Source: Anaerolineae bacterium (GTDB lineage Bacteria; Chloroflexota; Anaerolineae; UBA4142). From it: DNA of 32,493 nt. A model generated the notes under the pieces. It searched no databases, was not told where the DNA came from, and saw nothing but the letters and a program-made list of their open reading frames with translations. The DNA is taken from assembly GCA_026417715.1 (NCBI GenBank), contig JAOACU010000003.1:1-32493 (forward strand), written 5' to 3'. Positions 30,014 to 32,493 of the stretch are shown here, piece by piece (within the stretch, counting starts at the first letter, position 1; every line of letters starts with the position of its first letter). The translations under genes and the position numbers were made by a program.

Positions 30014-31432
30014 TCATCGTCCAAACATCCAGATCAAAATCTGCGGCGTGATGTTCACTTCGATCACGGCGGCGATGAACAACAGTGGTATCACCACAAA
30101 CAAGACAATTTTAACAAAATCTGCCAACGCGCGCAAGAGGTTCTCTCCGGCGGTGAAACCTGCCGGCGGTGCGATGATAGACGCGCCGGCGCGCAACGCG
30201 AACGCCGTCATCAAGATCACAGCAGGTATTTCGATGATCCCGTGTGGTAACAGTGCCGCGAGTAAAAACACATAGCCCGTCACACCAAACCATTGTGCTT
30301 CACCCCATATAAAACCGAGCACCCCCATCGTCGCTACGATCGGCAGACACGCCAGTGTGCCAAACGAGAACAAACCGAGAAACGCTGCCACCAATAACGA
30401 ACGGATATTGTATGCCCAAATGGCATCCACCGTAAGGCGCGGGAGTACTGTCCCTTGTAATGCAGGTTCCTGACGCAACGCTTCGGGATTGAATTCGATC
30501 TTATCAATCAAGTCGGGAGGCAAAGGGTATTGTAGCGCGACTATCCAACCAACAAAAGCGGCAAAGCCCATAATCGCCACGGTGGTCGCGATTGCCAGAT
30601 AGTTCTCACGCAACAGACGTGGCACATCGTCACGATAAATGCGCACTAGGGAGAAACGCGTACCGGCAAAATGATACCAAAATGTCCGCGCGATGGAAGC
30701 CAAGTTGAGTTCATCCACCTCGCGCCCTAACAATTGTTCACGATTGAATGTACGAATGCCTGTGCGAATCAACAGTGCATTGGCAACCACCAGCGCGGCA
30801 AGAATATACCACAAGACATCGTACTGTCCCCAAAAGAGCAAAATGCTCTCGCCTTGCAACAGAAACGCCATTGGGATAATGATGAACGATGCAAGCAAGT
30901 TTGCCGCGCGCACACTCGTCGTGTGACTCGAAACGACCACCGCGCCACTCACCATCACGAATGCTTTCATCGTCGTTAGGACAACGATTTGTAACAAGAC
31001 CAGCCACTCGGGAGTGTATCGGATAGATATGTATAAACCGACAAGGTATGCCGTGATGCCTAGATAACTTGCGAGTACGGGAGGAATGGTTGCAGAGAAC
31101 AATTTGCCAAAATACAACGAGGCATCCGAAATCGGTGTGTCGAGTAGCGGCTCTAAACTGTTGCGTTCTTTCTCACCGACGAATGTTTCTAGCGCGATGA
31201 TGAGTGAAAATGAAATCGGAAAGAAAGCCACGATCATTACGGCAAAGGGCACCAAGCGCAAGGGGATGATCGTGGCGTTATACTCTTCGACGAACCGAAT
31301 CGCGAGTTGCGTCGAAGCATTCATAATCCAAGGAAAGATGAGCGTGAGAATCACAATCGGCGCGACGATGCGCCAATCGCGTAACGAGTCGCGCACTTCG
31401 CGACGGGTGATAATCAAAGCATCGTCTAGCAT
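30014..31432 (-). CDS. ABC-2 type transporter permease fused to a C-terminal SpoIIM/DUF95-like membrane domain
   Basis: The N-terminal half begins ..REVRDSLRDWRIVAPIVILTLIFPWIMN.. and has 6 TM helices, matching the ABC-2/NosY-like permease pattern. The C-terminal half (nt about 30014-30670) contains ..IWAYNIRSLLVAAFLGLFSFGTLACLPIVATMGVLGF.. and ..LLPHGIIEIPAVILMTAFALRAG.., the SpoIIM-type PHGxxExP signature. Confidence 0.65.
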   Translation of the reverse strand: MLDDALIITRREVRDSLRDWRIVAPIVILTLIFPWIMNASTQLAIRFVEEYNATIIPLRLVPFAVMIVAFFPISFSLIIALETFVGEKERNSLEPLLDTPISDASLYFGKLFSATIPPVLASYLGITAYLVGLYISIRYTPEWLVLLQIVVLTTMKAFVMVSGAVVVSSHTTSVRAANLLASFIIIPMAFLLQGESILLFWGQYDVLWYILAALVVANALLIRTGIRTFNREQLLGREVDELNLASIARTFWYHFAGTRFSLVRIYRDDVPRLLRENYLAIATTVAIMGFAAFVGWIVALQYPLPPDLIDKIEFNPEALRQEPALQGTVLPRLTVDAIWAYNIRSLLVAAFLGLFSFGTLACLPIVATMGVLGFIWGEAQWFGVTGYVFLLAALLPHGIIEIPAVILMTAFALRAGASIIAPPAGFTAGENLLRALADFVKIVLFVVIPLLFIAAVIEVNITPQILIWMFGR

Positions 31433-31487
31433 AGTCCTCTAGTCACATAGTCGAGTAGTCATATAGTCGAGTAGTCGCATAGTCGAG
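31432..31487. repeat. Octamer tandem array TAGTCNNN x7 (family E)
   Basis: The array reads tagtcctc tagtcaca tagtcgag tagtcata tagtcgag tagtcgca tagtcgag. TAGTC occurs at 31432, 31440, 31448, 31456, 31464, 31472 and 31480, an exact 8-bp period. It fills the gap between the ABC ATPase stop and the permease start. Confidence 0.85.
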
Positions 31488-31506
31488 AAAGTGAACAATG
31501 GTACGG

Positions 31507-32424
31507 CTAACTGACTAACTTGAGATACACGTCTTCCAAACTGCGTGGGGCTTGATGGAGACTCAATACTTGCGCACCGATGTCTTGCAGGCGCCGCAAG
31601 AGTAAGGGATTGGTGACTTCGGGTGTGTCGGTGCGATAGCGCATTGCATACTCGTCAGAGGAGATGATTTCCAACTGTCCATCAAGCGAAAACCAGGGAA
31701 TGTGCATTGGACGCGCTAGGCGCACTTCCCAGATGGGTGGACCCAGCAGTTCGCGTTTGAGTTCTTCGGGTTTGCCGAACGCAATCAATTTACCGCGTCG
31801 AATCACCGCGATACGATCCGCCAACGTTTCGGCTTCGTACAAGTTGTGCGTGCAGAGCACAATCGTGTGCCCACTCCCGCGCAACAAAGCAATTGCATCG
31901 CGCACTTGCTTGGCACTGTGCGGATCCATCGCTGAGGTTGGCTCGTCGAGAAAGAGGACGCGCGGCGAATGCAACATCGCGCGGATGAGTGCCATCTTTT
32001 GGCGCATTCCTTTGGAGAATTCGCCCAAGCGACGCGTGCGCGCCTCCCACAAATCGAATCGGCGCATCAATTCTTCCGCGCGCGCGCGGCATGTCGCGCG
32101 CGGCAGATGATGCAACTCGCCAAAGAAATCCAAATAGTCGAGTGGACGCATTCGCAGATACAAGCCGGGAAATTCGGTGAGATGCCCAATGAGGTGCCGC
32201 ACTTTTTGCGCGTCGCGTACCACGTCGTACCCTGCGATGCGCGCCGTGCCAAACGTCGGCTTGAGAATCGAAGAAAGCATTCGTACGGTGGTGGTCTTGC
32301 CCGCGCCGTTCGGTCCCAAGAGCGCGAGGATTTCGCCTTCATCTACCGTGAAGGTAATGTGATCCACAGCGACAAGGGTATCGAATTGTTTGGTGAGTCC
32401 GAATGTTTGGATGAGGGGGAACAT
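31507..32424 (-). CDS. ABC transporter ATP-binding protein (ABC-2 subfamily type)
   Basis: The motifs present are Walker A GPNGAGKTT, the signature FSKGMRQK, Walker B VLFLDEPTSAMD and the H-loop CTHNL. A C-terminal accessory domain follows. Confidence 0.9.
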   Translation of the reverse strand: MFPLIQTFGLTKQFDTLVAVDHITFTVDEGEILALLGPNGAGKTTTVRMLSSILKPTFGTARIAGYDVVRDAQKVRHLIGHLTEFPGLYLRMRPLDYLDFFGELHHLPRATCRARAEELMRRFDLWEARTRRLGEFSKGMRQKMALIRAMLHSPRVLFLDEPTSAMDPHSAKQVRDAIALLRGSGHTIVLCTHNLYEAETLADRIAVIRRGKLIAFGKPEELKRELLGPPIWEVRLARPMHIPWFSLDGQLEIISSDEYAMRYRTDTPEVTNPLLLRRLQDIGAQVLSLHQAPRSLEDVYLKLVS

Positions 32425-32428
32425 ATCA

Positions 32429-32477
32429 CGTATTGCGTATTACGTATCACGTATCACGTATTGCGTATTGCGTGTTA
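32429..32477. repeat. Heptamer tandem array CGTATYR x7 (family D, copy 2)
   Basis: The array reads cgtattg cgtatta cgtatca cgtatca cgtattg cgtattg cgtgtta with an exact 7-bp period. It starts 5 nt beyond the ABC ATPase start codon. Its word content (GTATTGCGTA) is shared with the element at 10628-10705. Confidence 0.8.
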
Positions 32478-32493
32478 CTGTTCGATTCTGATG

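Overview
This is a moderately GC-rich bacterial chromosomal segment. All domain calls come from reading the ORF translations by eye; no searches were run. I found no rRNA, tRNA, CRISPR array, transposase or integrase. The gene content (bacterial Elp3, ECF/ThiW thiamine salvage, SpoIIM-type domain) suggests a Chloroflexota-like organism, but that is a low-confidence inference.

Layout:
- (1) 1-8322, + strand: 3' end of a family-5 solute-binding protein, then mutM. These are followed by two tandem paralogous cNMP-binding/patatin phospholipases, a GAF histidine kinase coupled to them, and a large exported TPR protein.
- (2) 8268-10649: a bacterial Elp3 (radical-SAM/GNAT) on the - strand, head-to-head with a Trm9-like SAM methyltransferase.
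- (3) 10744-17940: a TPP-riboswitch-controlled thiamine salvage operon (cytX-thiM-thiW-ecfA-ecfT-thiE-thiD).
- (4) 18100-29098: a co-directional, partly overlapping exopolysaccharide-type cluster. It encodes a BcsB-like protein, a membrane-bound degenerate GGDEF protein, a small membrane protein, a 1300-aa protein with about six T2SSE_N/MshEN-like modules fused to a processive GT2 synthase, and two paralogous GT-C-like polytopic proteins.
- (5) 29207-32424, - strand: ABC ATPase, ABC-2 permease fused to a SpoIIM-like domain, and an MBL-fold hydrolase.

Nearly every intergenic gap longer than about 40 bp is filled by short-word (7-9 bp period) tandem or inverted hairpin repeat arrays of several word families. 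Some of these run into the 3' ends of ORFs.

The candidates I consider most worth follow-up are the MshEN-array GT2 synthase cluster, the cNMP/patatin pair with the GAF kinase, the Elp3/Trm9-like pair, and the repeat families.
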